From: Candidatus Dormiibacterota bacterium
GTDB taxonomy: Bacteria; Chloroflexota; Dormibacteria; CF-121
Assembly (NCBI GenBank): GCA_036513655.1
Contig: DATBYO010000002.1
Coordinates: 12,246-76,245, forward strand
Direction of reading: 5' to 3'
Length of the DNA: 64,000 nt
Made by a program: the position numbers and the translations under genes. Below the pieces are notes generated by a model. That model saw nothing but the letters and a program-made list of their open reading frames with translations. It ran no database searches and had not been told where the DNA came from. Positions 1 through 9,185 of this stretch are shown piece by piece. Numbering within the stretch: the first letter of the stretch is position 1; each line of letters begins with the position of its first letter.

Positions 1-478
<478 letters not shown>

Positions 479-479
479 C

Positions 480-1562
480 GTGAAGCGCAGCCCGTTCCTG
501 ATGCTGACCTGGTCTTCTCTGAAGGCCTATTTCCGCAACCGGGGGGCGATCTTCTTCAGCCTGCTGGTGCCCCTGATGATCATGGGCATCTTCGGCTTGA
601 TCAACTTCGGGAACAGCACGCCCAGCGTCAACATCGGCGTCGTCGACCAGGCCCACAATCAGGTCAGTAACAGGATCATCGACAATCTTCGGAGTATCAA
701 GGCGGTCAAGCTGCACCTGGGCAGCCTCGATGCCGAGAAGCGCGAGCTCACCCAGGGCAACCGGGACCTGGTCGCTGTCCTGCCGGCCTCCATCGGCCAG
801 GGTTCGACCGCCATCGCCGGCTACTACAACCAGGGCAGTCCCCAGAATTCACAGGTCGCGATTGCGATCATGAACCAGTTCATGGATCAGGCCTCCTTCG
901 CCCAGGCGGGTGTCGCGCCGGCCTTTACGCTGCAGGCCCAGCCGGTCCAGAGCCGTAACCTGACGTACGTCGATTTCCTGGTTCCGGGCATGATCGCCTT
1001 ATCGATCATGCAGACCGGGCTATTCGGCGTGGTGTTCACGTTCGTCCAATGGAAGCAGCGGGGGATCCTCCGTCGCCTGATGGCGACCCCGATGCGGGTT
1101 CGAGATTTCTTCTTCTCCCAGCTGGTCACCCGGCTGACGACGGTGGCGCTGCAGATCGTCGTCCTGCTGGCGGTGGGCTTCTTTGTCTTTCACTTCCACT
1201 TCGCGGGCAACCTCTTCTACCTGCTGATCGTTGGCATCATCGGCGGCGGCATCTTCCTGGCGATGGGGCTGGCCATCTCCGGCGCGTCCAAAAGTGAGGA
1301 GACGGCGGCGCCAATCGCCAACCTCGTCTCGCTGCCGCTGATGTTCCTCTCCGGCATCTTCTTCTCCCGCTCCAACATGCCGGAATGGCTGCAGACGATC
1401 ACGCAGTACTCGCCCTTGACCTACGTCTCTGACGCCCTGCGCAGTATCAGCGTCGATGGCGCCTCACTCTGGGCCATCCGTACCGACTTGCTGGGCATCT
1501 TCATCTGGCTGGGGGTCGCGGTCGTGCTCGCCACCCGGCTGTTCAAGTGGGAGGTGGTTTGA
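480..1562 (+). CDS. ABC-2 family transporter permease
   Basis: 360 aa with six predicted TM segments and ABC-2 type topology. A GTG start lies 2 nt after the ATPase stop, indicating an operon. Confidence 0.8.
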   Translation: MKRSPFLMLTWSSLKAYFRNRGAIFFSLLVPLMIMGIFGLINFGNSTPSVNIGVVDQAHNQVSNRIIDNLRSIKAVKLHLGSLDAEKRELTQGNRDLVAVLPASIGQGSTAIAGYYNQGSPQNSQVAIAIMNQFMDQASFAQAGVAPAFTLQAQPVQSRNLTYVDFLVPGMIALSIMQTGLFGVVFTFVQWKQRGILRRLMATPMRVRDFFFSQLVTRLTTVALQIVVLLAVGFFVFHFHFAGNLFYLLIVGIIGGGIFLAMGLAISGASKSEETAAPIANLVSLPLMFLSGIFFSRSNMPEWLQTITQYSPLTYVSDALRSISVDGASLWAIRTDLLGIFIWLGVAVVLATRLFKWEVV

Positions 1563-1963
1563 TGGCGGTTCAACTCAGTCCAAAAATGCAGGCCTTTACC
1601 CAGGAAGTCTTCCCCGCGCTCATTGGGACCACCCGCAAGGACGGTTCGGTCGAGATGGTGCCGGTCTGGTTCGAGCAAAAGGATGGGTCGTTCTGGATCA
1701 ACGGCGGCACGAATCGCGGGTGGTTCAAGCACCTCCAGCGCGACCCGCGGATCACCCTGCTGTTGATCGATCCCAAGGATATGTGGCGCTGGGCCCAGGT
1801 GGAAGGCAAGATGGTCAACTGGGCCGAAGATCCGGGCGGCGACCACATCAATCATCTATCCCACCGCTACTTGAAGAAGGATTACCAGGGCCCACGCACC
1901 GGCCGGATCAAGGTCCAGATCGAGCCGTTGCGCGTGACCGGCGCCATCGATGGCTGGGGGTAA
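1562..1963 (+). CDS. PPOX-class F420-dependent (pyridoxamine 5'-phosphate oxidase-like) enzyme, paralog 1
   Basis: Motifs AL/IGTTRKDGSVEMVPVWFE and DGSFWIN are typical of TIGR03618-type PPOX proteins. ATG at 1562 overlaps the permease stop (TGATG). Confidence 0.7.
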   Translation: MAVQLSPKMQAFTQEVFPALIGTTRKDGSVEMVPVWFEQKDGSFWINGGTNRGWFKHLQRDPRITLLLIDPKDMWRWAQVEGKMVNWAEDPGGDHINHLSHRYLKKDYQGPRTGRIKVQIEPLRVTGAIDGWG

Positions 1964-2360
1964 GAAGGCGGCGCTGAGCGCCGCGGTCCAGAAGCTGGCG
2001 GCGCTGCCGATCCTGATCATCGTCGCGACCAAGCGGGCCGATGGGTCGGTACAACTGAATCCGGTGTGGTTCGAGCTCAAGGACGGCTTCATCTGGCTAA
2101 ACAGCAACACCAACCGCAGTTGGCCGAAGAATCTCCAGCGCGACCGCGACGTCACGATGCTCCTCGTGGATCCGAAGACGCCGGACCGCTATGCCCAGAT
2201 CCGGGGGCGCCTGGTCAGCCTGATCCCGGACCCCAAGCACGAGTTCATCGATCGCCTATCCCATCGCTACACGGGGAAGAAGTTCCGCGAGCTCGAACCG
2301 GGCGAACACCGGGTCACCCTCAAGGTCCAGCCGGTCGGCGTGACCGGGCAGCTGATCTAG
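1950..2360 (+). CDS. PPOX-class F420-dependent enzyme, paralog 2 (tandem duplicate)
   Basis: About 45% identical to the preceding gene (VATKRADGSVQLNPVWFELKDGFIWLN). Its start overlaps the previous gene by 14 nt. Confidence 0.7.
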   Translation: MAGGKKAALSAAVQKLAALPILIIVATKRADGSVQLNPVWFELKDGFIWLNSNTNRSWPKNLQRDRDVTMLLVDPKTPDRYAQIRGRLVSLIPDPKHEFIDRLSHRYTGKKFRELEPGEHRVTLKVQPVGVTGQLI

Positions 2361-2370
2361 GCGCCCGCTG

Positions 2371-3903
2371 ATGCCGGAGCTGTTACCGGCCAACACCTGG
2401 GACGCTGACCCGACGCTGCGCTCCGTGCTCACGGTGTGGCTTCGACCCGCAACCCTGGCTCTGGCCGAGCCCGGACTCCGTGACATGGGTCGGGCCGCCG
2501 CCGAGGAGCTGCAGGCGTGGGGCGATGCCTGCGAACGCCAGCCGGCGTTCTTACGGTCGTTCAATGGTTGGGGCGAGCGCGTTGATGAGGTCGTCTGCCC
2601 TGACGCCTGGCGCCGGCTCGCGGCTGCCGGGGCACAAGCCGGGCTGGTCGCCCTGCCCTACGACGGCCTGGTGCGCTTCGGCGCGGATGCGCGCCTGGTG
2701 CAAGCGGCCCTTTGTTACCTGTTCGCGCCTTCGACCGCAACCTACTTATGTCCGGTGGCGATGACGGACGGGGCCGCCCGCGTGTTGCGCGACGCGGGAG
2801 GGGAGGGGCAGGCGCCCGAGGTGCTGCGTCATCTCGTCAGCCGCGATCCGGCCGAGGCGTGGACCTCGGGTCAGTGGATGACCGAGCGCCAGGGCGGCTC
2901 GGACGTCGGCCAGAACGCCGTGGTCGCCCGGCGGGACGGCGACGGGTGGCGGCTCTCCGGGCAGAAGTTCTTCTGCTCCAACATCGGCTGCGAGGTCGCG
3001 CTGGCGCTGGCCCGTCCTGAGGGCGCGCCGCCCGGCACCCGTGGCCTCGCGCTCTTCCTCGTGCCGCGCGATGGTCCAGACGGTCGCCGCAACCACTACC
3101 GGATCGACCGTCTGAAGGACAAGTTGGGGACGCGGGCGATGGCCACCGGCGAGGTGACCCTCGACGGCGCCCGGGCTGAGCTGGTTGGCGGGGCGGACCG
3201 CGGCTTCGCCCAGATGACGGCCATGCTCAATATCACGCGGTTGCACAATGCCGTAACCGCTGCGGCGACGATGCGTCGTGCCTTGATGCTGGCGACCGGG
3301 TACGCTGGCCAGCGCGAGGCGTTCGGTCGAAAGCTCGCGCAACATGCACTGCACGCCGAGGTGCTTGGGGAATTGGCCGCCGAAGCCGACGGTGCGCTCT
3401 ACCTCACGATGCGGATGGCGCAACTCCTTGGACGGATCGAGACGGGCGCGGCCGCGCCGGCTGACGCTGTGCTCTTTCGACTCGGGATCGCGCTCGCCAA
3501 GCTGTACACCGCCAAGCAGGCCGTGGCCGTCACCTCGGAGGCGATCGAGTGCTTTGGTGGCCAGGGCTACATGGAGGACACCGGGCTGCCGAGGTTGCTT
3601 CGCGATGCGCAGGTCCTGCCGATCTGGGAGGGGACGACCAGCGTGCTGGCGCTTGACGCGCTTCGCGTGCTGCGAAAGCCGGACGCGCTCGACGCCCTGG
3701 CCGCGGAACTCGATCGACTCGATGCGCCGGAGCGGGACGGCGCGCTCGACCTGGCGCGCACCGCCGGCGCACAAGAGGGCGATTCGGCGGAGCCTGGGGC
3801 GCGCCGTCTCGCGTTTTCCCTGGCTCGATCCTGGATGGGCGGCCTGCTTGGCCAGGCCGGCGTCGAGGTCAGGCTGCGAGGTATCGGGCCGCCGCAGCCG
3901 TAA
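2371..3903 (+). CDS. Acyl-CoA dehydrogenase family protein, AidB/isovaleryl-CoA dehydrogenase-like
   Basis: 510 aa. The ACAD middle domain ERQGGSDVG and the C-terminal EAIECFGGQGYMED motif match the AidB-like long ACAD subfamily. Confidence 0.8.
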   Translation: MPELLPANTWDADPTLRSVLTVWLRPATLALAEPGLRDMGRAAAEELQAWGDACERQPAFLRSFNGWGERVDEVVCPDAWRRLAAAGAQAGLVALPYDGLVRFGADARLVQAALCYLFAPSTATYLCPVAMTDGAARVLRDAGGEGQAPEVLRHLVSRDPAEAWTSGQWMTERQGGSDVGQNAVVARRDGDGWRLSGQKFFCSNIGCEVALALARPEGAPPGTRGLALFLVPRDGPDGRRNHYRIDRLKDKLGTRAMATGEVTLDGARAELVGGADRGFAQMTAMLNITRLHNAVTAAATMRRALMLATGYAGQREAFGRKLAQHALHAEVLGELAAEADGALYLTMRMAQLLGRIETGAAAPADAVLFRLGIALAKLYTAKQAVAVTSEAIECFGGQGYMEDTGLPRLLRDAQVLPIWEGTTSVLALDALRVLRKPDALDALAAELDRLDAPERDGALDLARTAGAQEGDSAEPGARRLAFSLARSWMGGLLGQAGVEVRLRGIGPPQP

Positions 3904-5122
3904 CAACGCGGACCGCCTGCACGATTTCGTTCACGGCGATCCACTCGTCGCTCACGTGCGCCTGCCGGATGTCACCGGGCCCATAGAGGATGGCCGGCGT
4001 TTCCGCTTCGTGGACCAGCAACCGCATATCGGATCCGTAGGGCGCGCCCACCAGCTCGGGAGGGACACCGAACTCGTCGGCATGCGCCGCCTGGAGCGCC
4101 ACAAACGCCGGCAGGTTGGCATCAACTTCGACCGCGTCGAACTGGCCACCGTACCACTCGAGCCGCGGCGGATGCTCGTTCAACCAGGCATCGCGCTGGG
4201 CGGCGTCGGCGAGCGCGGCGGCGAAGAGGCTGCGGACCTCCGCCGAAGCCGTGCCGACCGGCACGCCCACGCGGCCCTCACATTCGAGCTCGTCAGGAAC
4301 GGTGGACGACCACGAGCCCGCCCTGACCCGTCCGATGCTGAGCGCATAGGCGACCGGGTACTGGGCGAAGAGCGGATGCGTCTCCTGGTTGAGCGCGCGC
4401 TCCAACTGCCGGAGCCGCGCTTCGATGAGTTCGAACTTCTCGATGGCGCTGACGCCCTCGTAGCGCACCGAGGCGTGCGCGGAACGCCCACTGATTCGCA
4501 GCCGGAACGAGAGGGCGCCCGCCTGTGCCGGGATCAGCCGCAATCGGGTCGGTTCCAGGACATATGCCGCATCCGCTCGGTAGCCACGCTCGGCCATGGC
4601 AAAGCTGCCGATCCCGCCGTCCTCCTCGCCGACCACACTCTGGACCACCAGGCGACCACGGAGAGGAAGTCCGCTCTTCTTGAGCGCCGCGGCGGCGCTG
4701 ATGCCGACCGCCAGGCCGGCCTTCATGTCGCAGGCGCCCCGGCCAAAGAGGCGTCCGGCCTGAATGTGTCCCGACCATGGTGAGGCGCGCCACGCCTGGC
4801 GGTCGCCAACTGGAACGACGTCGACATGGCCATTGAGGATCAGTGAGCGCTCGCCTTTTTGACCGAGCAGGCCGGCTACCAGCACCGCTTCCGTCCGGTC
4901 CACCTCCATGCCGGGAAAACGCGGGTGAGCCTTGAGCTGGTCGAGGTCCGCCTCGAAACGATCGACCTCGAGGCCCGCCTCCTCGAGGAAAAGCGCGACC
5001 AGGTCCTGCACCGCACGCTCGTTGCCGGTCACGGATGGCACGCGGACGAGATCCTGCGCCAGCCGGATGCAGGCACCGGTGTCAAGCGCCTGGAGCGCCT
5101 TGCTCTCCGGCTGGACTGTCAC
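3869..5122 (-). CDS. M20 family metallopeptidase (ArgE/DapE/acetylornithine deacetylase-like)
   Basis: N-terminal IRLAQDLVRVPSVTGNE and motifs NGHVDVVP and GACDMKAG. The track ORF extends about 200 aa further upstream with Arg/Pro-rich junk. I place the start at the GTG at 5122, which overlaps the upstream gene stop (GTGA). Confidence 0.75.
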   Translation of the reverse strand: MTVQPESKALQALDTGACIRLAQDLVRVPSVTGNERAVQDLVALFLEEAGLEVDRFEADLDQLKAHPRFPGMEVDRTEAVLVAGLLGQKGERSLILNGHVDVVPVGDRQAWRASPWSGHIQAGRLFGRGACDMKAGLAVGISAAAALKKSGLPLRGRLVVQSVVGEEDGGIGSFAMAERGYRADAAYVLEPTRLRLIPAQAGALSFRLRISGRSAHASVRYEGVSAIEKFELIEARLRQLERALNQETHPLFAQYPVAYALSIGRVRAGSWSSTVPDELECEGRVGVPVGTASAEVRSLFAAALADAAQRDAWLNEHPPRLEWYGGQFDAVEVDANLPAFVALQAAHADEFGVPPELVGAPYGSDMRLLVHEAETPAILYGPGDIRQAHVSDEWIAVNEIVQAVRVVTAAAARYLAA

Positions 5123-6387
5123 AAGTGGGGAAATTGCTGCTGGCCGAAGGAGATCAGGTAATCGGGCAGGTTGAGCAGACCGGTGAGGGCGTAGACGGCG
5201 TTCCAGAAGACGGCGGTCACGGGGCCGCCCTGCCAGAGCAGGAAGAACAGCACCAGCAACGGCAGCATCCCGAGGCGAGCGGCTAAGATTCGGACCTCGA
5301 TCGAGAGCCAGGGCGCGATCATGCCGAACCCGTCGAAGGGCGGAAACGGCAGCAGGTTGAGGACCACCGCCGACATCTCCACGAACACCAGGAAGGCGAG
5401 GGTAGCCCAAAAGTGAGGGTCGCCGAAGGTTGGCATCCCGCTGAACACGAGGAATGGCCACCCGATGGCGATCGCGAACAACAAGTTGGCGAGCGGTCCG
5501 GCCGCGGAGGCCAGCGTCCGCCACCGGTCGTTGCGAATCGCTCTCTCGTTCAGGTAGACGGCGCCGCCCGGTAGCCCAATCCCACCCATCATCAGGAACA
5601 CGATCGGCAGGGCGATGCTGAGCACCGGATGCGTGTACTTGAGCGGATTTAGCGAGAGGTAACCCGCGGACGCCACCGACCGATCGCCACCCAGAAAGGC
5701 GATGAACGCGTGGCCGAACTCGTGAATGCACAACGACGTCACCCAGCCGCCGACGACGAGCAAGACGCTGAACAGCAACGTCAGGCCCGGAGCGATCCCC
5801 GTCCAGAGTCCGACGCCGCCGACGATCGTGGCGCCCAACGGGAGGGCGAAGACCGGACTGATCCCGACCACGCCGTCGAGCGAGGGAAGCGGTCGCTGCC
5901 GCGCACCCTTCGCTACCGACCCGGGAGCCGTCAGATATTGGCGGACGTCGTAAATCGTCAGCCCTGCGGCCTCGAGCCGCTGGGCGGTCGATGCAGAGTC
6001 CTTATAGAGGAGGGCCAGCAGGAGGTGCAGCGCGTCGACGCGGTAATGCCCCATCTGTTGCGCCTCGCGGTGCGCGTTGATCAGCAAGTACCGGGTCGCC
6101 GGTCCGATGGGGGCCGGTGCGGCCGGCAAGGCCGGATCCGCCTGCTGAATTTCCGGCAAATTGCGGAGCGCGTCGAGTTGGACATGGAGCGCCACCATGG
6201 CGCGGTGCGCTGAATTACGGGGTTGTAGGGCAATTGCGCCAAGTACGTGGATCGGCTCAGTCCGCGGCGCACCGCTCAGCGTCGCCAGCCGCTGCGCGAG
6301 CTCCACGACCTCACGGGCCGACGTGGTCAGCGGGATGTCCTGGGCGATCTGCTTGAGGGTCCAACCGTCGGCGGCGCTGCCGCCCAA
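5119..6387 (-). CDS. Clp N-terminal-domain protein fused to site-2 protease (M50 family metallopeptidase)
   Basis: Two Clp-N repeats (IHVLGAIALQ and ALHLLLALLYKD) precede a membrane M50 domain carrying HEFGHAF (HExxH) and the LNLLPFPPFDG motif. Confidence 0.75.
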   Translation of the reverse strand: MGGSAADGWTLKQIAQDIPLTTSAREVVELAQRLATLSGAPRTEPIHVLGAIALQPRNSAHRAMVALHVQLDALRNLPEIQQADPALPAAPAPIGPATRYLLINAHREAQQMGHYRVDALHLLLALLYKDSASTAQRLEAAGLTIYDVRQYLTAPGSVAKGARQRPLPSLDGVVGISPVFALPLGATIVGGVGLWTGIAPGLTLLFSVLLVVGGWVTSLCIHEFGHAFIAFLGGDRSVASAGYLSLNPLKYTHPVLSIALPIVFLMMGGIGLPGGAVYLNERAIRNDRWRTLASAAGPLANLLFAIAIGWPFLVFSGMPTFGDPHFWATLAFLVFVEMSAVVLNLLPFPPFDGFGMIAPWLSIEVRILAARLGMLPLLVLFFLLWQGGPVTAVFWNAVYALTGLLNLPDYLISFGQQQFPHL

Positions 6388-6407
6388 CGGTTGCGGCGTC
6401 GTGCTGC

Positions 6408-6569
6408 TCAGGTCGTCTTGACCGTGCCGATGCGCATCCGCAGACGGCCCTCGATTTGCCCCAGCAGCCAGGCGGCGAATTGCTCGTGGGACGGGTGTTG
6501 CTCTTTAACCAGTTCCAGCATCTCGTCGTGGATGAGGGTCAGTAGCTTCAGGAACTCGCTGTCGTCCAT
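6408..6569 (-). CDS. Small helical hypothetical protein (53 aa) upstream of and co-oriented with the M50 protease
   Basis: The internal ATG at 6569 has a strong SD (AGGAGGTGGGG) 4-5 nt upstream. The longer 72-aa track ORF lacks an SD. Confidence 0.5.
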   Translation of the reverse strand: MDDSEFLKLLTLIHDEMLELVKEQHPSHEQFAAWLLGQIEGRLRMRIGTVKTT

Positions 6570-6641
6570 TCCCCACCTCCTCGGCGGCCGGGTCTGAGCA
6601 GCCGGTTGGGCAATTGTAGACGGCAACGCCCAACAAAAAAA

Positions 6642-6661
6642 GCGGCCAGGTGGCCGCTTTT
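6642..6661 (-). terminator. Intrinsic terminator hairpin GCGGCC-AGGT-GGCCGC flanked by an A-tract and a T-tract (bidirectional-type)
   Basis: AAAAAAAGCGGCCAGGTGGCCGCTTTT lies about 20 nt downstream of the stop of the minus-strand small membrane protein gene. Confidence 0.7.
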
Positions 6662-6678
6662 GCCTCCGCAGCGCGCGG

Positions 6679-6933
6679 TCAGACGTCCGTGTGCTCGACT
6701 TCCGTCACCTCGGTGATGTGGTGGTGATGCCGGGTGCCACGGTACATCCCGCCGGCCAGCAGGTTGTAGGCGACGCCGACGATGGCCAGCAAGAGCAACA
6801 GAAAGATGAGGGATCCACCGATGTGGAACCCAAGGCCGAGCAACCACAAAACGACGAGAACGGCGACGATCGCCCAGATCAAGCTCGCCAAGAAAGCACC
6901 TCCGGTCGATGGGCCCACGTCATCCCCCACCAC
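6679..6933 (-). CDS. lmo0937-family small membrane protein with HHHH tail
   Basis: Core LIWAIVAVLVVLWLLGLGFHIGGSLIFLLLLLAIVG matches the lmo0937/DUF-type small two-TM proteins. Confidence 0.6.
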   Translation of the reverse strand: MVGDDVGPSTGGAFLASLIWAIVAVLVVLWLLGLGFHIGGSLIFLLLLLAIVGVAYNLLAGGMYRGTRHHHHITEVTEVEHTDV

Positions 6934-6991
6934 TTGATATTATCGATATCAATTATCATGAGTCGGCTGGGCTCGTAAGTCAAGGGACCAA

Positions 6992-8128
6992 ATGGCCGTA
7001 TCGCTTCCGCAAACCTACAAGCTGCCGGCGGTAGCGGATCCGGCGGAGCTGGCCGACCCGGCCGAGTCGGCTCGGGCGGCGGGGCTGCGCTACGTCTCAG
7101 ACCAGGGCCCGGGCATCCGGCGGAAGCGCGTGGGCAAGGCCTTTAGCTTCATCGCGACGGACGGCCGCCTTGTGCGTGACCGGGAGACCGTTCGGCGGAT
7201 CAAGAGCCTGGTCATTCCGCCCGCGTGGACCGATGTCTGGATCTGTCCCGATCCGCGAGGCCATTTACAGGCCACCGGCCGAGACGCCCGCAGACGAAAG
7301 CAGTATCGATATCACCCGCGCTGGCGTGAGGTTCGGGACGCCGTCAAATACGATCGCATGATCGACTTCGCCGCCGCATTGCCGCGGATTCGGCAGCGGA
7401 CCGACCGGGACCTCGAGCGTTCGGGCCTGCCGCGCGAGAAGGTGCTGGCAACGGTGGTCCGGTTGCTCGAAGAGACTCGCATCCGCGTCGGCAATGAAGC
7501 CTACCGAAAGGAAAACGGCTCTTATGGATTGACGACGCTGCGCAACCGGCACGTCGACGTGATCGGCTCGGAGGTGCGCTTTACGTTTCGGGGGAAGAGT
7601 GGGAAGCATCATCGCGTGGAGCTTCAGGATCGGCGTGTGGCACGGATCATCAAGCGGTTTCTCGAGATCCCCGGCCAGGAGCTCTTCAAGTACATGGACG
7701 AGAACGAAGAGCCAAAAGGGATCGAATCGGCCGACGTCAACGACTACCTGCGCGAGGTCAGCGGTGCGGACTTCACGGCGAAGGACTTCCGAACCTGGTC
7801 CGGCACCATCCTCGCGGCGCGCTTCCTTCGCGAGGCCATCGCAGAGGTGGCCGCGAAGCCGGACACGCACGCCGCGAAGAAGGAGTTGGTGCGGGCGATC
7901 GCGCGCGTGGCCGACGAGCTTGGCAATACCCCGGCCGTCTGCAAGAAGTGCTACATCCATCCGGCGGTGACCGCCGCCTACCTGGCCGGCGCGCTGAAGC
8001 CGATCACAGAAAAGGATGAGGACGACCCCTACAAGCTTTCCGCCGAGGAGCGTGACCTGCTCGCCCTCCTCAGCGCCGCGGCCGGCACCCCGCCACCGAG
8101 GAACGGCGGCCACAAGAATGCCGCCTGA
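6992..8128 (+). CDS. DNA topoisomerase IB (poxvirus/Deinococcus-type bacterial TopIB)
   Basis: 378 aa with GLTTLRNRHV and RFTFRGKSGKHH. The C-terminal active-site region CKKCYIHPAV resembles the SKxxYxHP tyrosine motif. Confidence 0.75.
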   Translation: MAVSLPQTYKLPAVADPAELADPAESARAAGLRYVSDQGPGIRRKRVGKAFSFIATDGRLVRDRETVRRIKSLVIPPAWTDVWICPDPRGHLQATGRDARRRKQYRYHPRWREVRDAVKYDRMIDFAAALPRIRQRTDRDLERSGLPREKVLATVVRLLEETRIRVGNEAYRKENGSYGLTTLRNRHVDVIGSEVRFTFRGKSGKHHRVELQDRRVARIIKRFLEIPGQELFKYMDENEEPKGIESADVNDYLREVSGADFTAKDFRTWSGTILAARFLREAIAEVAAKPDTHAAKKELVRAIARVADELGNTPAVCKKCYIHPAVTAAYLAGALKPITEKDEDDPYKLSAEERDLLALLSAAAGTPPPRNGGHKNAA

Positions 8129-8140
8129 ATCAGGCCGCTG

Positions 8141-8251
8141 CTACCGAGTGCTCAGCACCAGATATGTCGCGATCGAGGCGAGAACGATAAGGGCGATGAT
8201 CCCAATCGCCGCCAGCGCCGGCATCGATGCGTTGGTGCGGTCGGGTGCTTC
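8141..8251 (-). CDS. Possible small single-TM protein (about 36 aa)
   Basis: Not in the ORF track. ATG...TAG ORF MEAPDRTNASMPALAAIGIIALIVLASIATYLVLSTR in the TopIB/PlsC intergenic gap, with no clear SD. Confidence 0.25.
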   Translation of the reverse strand, partial: EAPDRTNASMPALAAIGIIALIVLASIATYLVLSTR

Positions 8252-8318
8252 CATGAGCATTCATCGTGCGCGATGAAATTGAAACCCTGATGAGGGAGCC
8301 CTATGAGTTCGCTAAGAG

Positions 8319-9062
8319 TCAGTACCAGTAGTTGGAGCCTTCGGCTGAGCCTGAGCCGGTCGGCGCCGGCTCGTCATGCAGGAGGCCCTTGGGACCGGCC
8401 AGCGTGCGGACGGCCTGCTCGACGCGGGCGATCAGACCGTCGTAGTCTTCGCCCGGCTGCGGGTAGATGGGGTCCCCGAACGTAATGCTGGCCGGGTGCC
8501 GGCGCGGGATCCGGCGGAAGCGCGGGAAGACTTCATAGAGGCCATCGATGTACGCGGGAACGATTGGCACGCCGGCGTCGATGGCCAGGATCGCGGCTCC
8601 CTTCTTGAAGGTCCCGATGTTGCCCGTCCGCGACAGCGTGCCCTCGGGGAAGATGACGACCGACCACTTATTGGCAAGGTGCTGCTTCAAGCGATCCAGC
8701 GCGGGCCGGGCGCCGCCCGCCCGAGGAATGGGAAAGGTGTTGATCAACAGCTGGGTCAGCGTCCCCTCCCACTTGCGCTTGAAGATCGAGTCGGCCGCCG
8801 CGACGACGAAGGCACGGAAGCGGAAACGATTCGGGAGTGCCTGCAGCATCACGACCGCATCCAGGGCGCTGCTGTGGTTGGAGACGAAGACGGCGCCCCC
8901 TTTGACGGCCCTGACCCGGTATCGGTCGATGACGGTGAGCGGGGAGAAGGCGCCCATCAATGGGAAGATGAGGAAGGTTTGGAGGACGGCACGGGCGACG
9001 CGGATGGGTTCGCTTTGAGTCCATGAGGGAACGGTGACCGGCGGCGGGGTCGTGGTTTCCAA
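8319..9062 (-). CDS. plsC: 1-acyl-sn-glycerol-3-phosphate acyltransferase (lysophospholipid acyltransferase)
   Basis: Acyltransferase motifs NHSSALD (HX4D variant), FPEGT and PIVP. Confidence 0.8.
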   Translation of the reverse strand: METTTPPPVTVPSWTQSEPIRVARAVLQTFLIFPLMGAFSPLTVIDRYRVRAVKGGAVFVSNHSSALDAVVMLQALPNRFRFRAFVVAAADSIFKRKWEGTLTQLLINTFPIPRAGGARPALDRLKQHLANKWSVVIFPEGTLSRTGNIGTFKKGAAILAIDAGVPIVPAYIDGLYEVFPRFRRIPRRHPASITFGDPIYPQPGEDYDGLIARVEQAVRTLAGPKGLLHDEPAPTGSGSAEGSNYWY

Positions 9063-9185
9063 TTCCCTCCCCTCCGGCGGCCCGCCCAGCTAAAGTAGGT
9101 GCGGGGGTGCCATGCCGGAACATCGCAAGCGTAGCAACCGGGCGCCGGTTGGGGAAGGTCCATTGAGGACCTTCGCGACGCCCTG

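Noticed and set aside
2746-3906. 386-aa minus-strand ORF covering the acyl-CoA dehydrogenase gene
   Set aside because: Arg/Pro/Gly-rich antisense reading frame typical of high-GC DNA. No motifs, and the sense strand encodes a full-length ACAD.
3344-4783. 479-aa plus-strand ORF across the ACAD 3' end and the M20 peptidase
   Set aside because: Antisense or out-of-frame GC artefact (runs of R, P, S, G); the real genes occupy the other frames.
6992-8128. TopIB as a marker of a prophage or mobile element
   Set aside because: No integrase, transposase, att-like repeats or compositional shift in the flanking genes.
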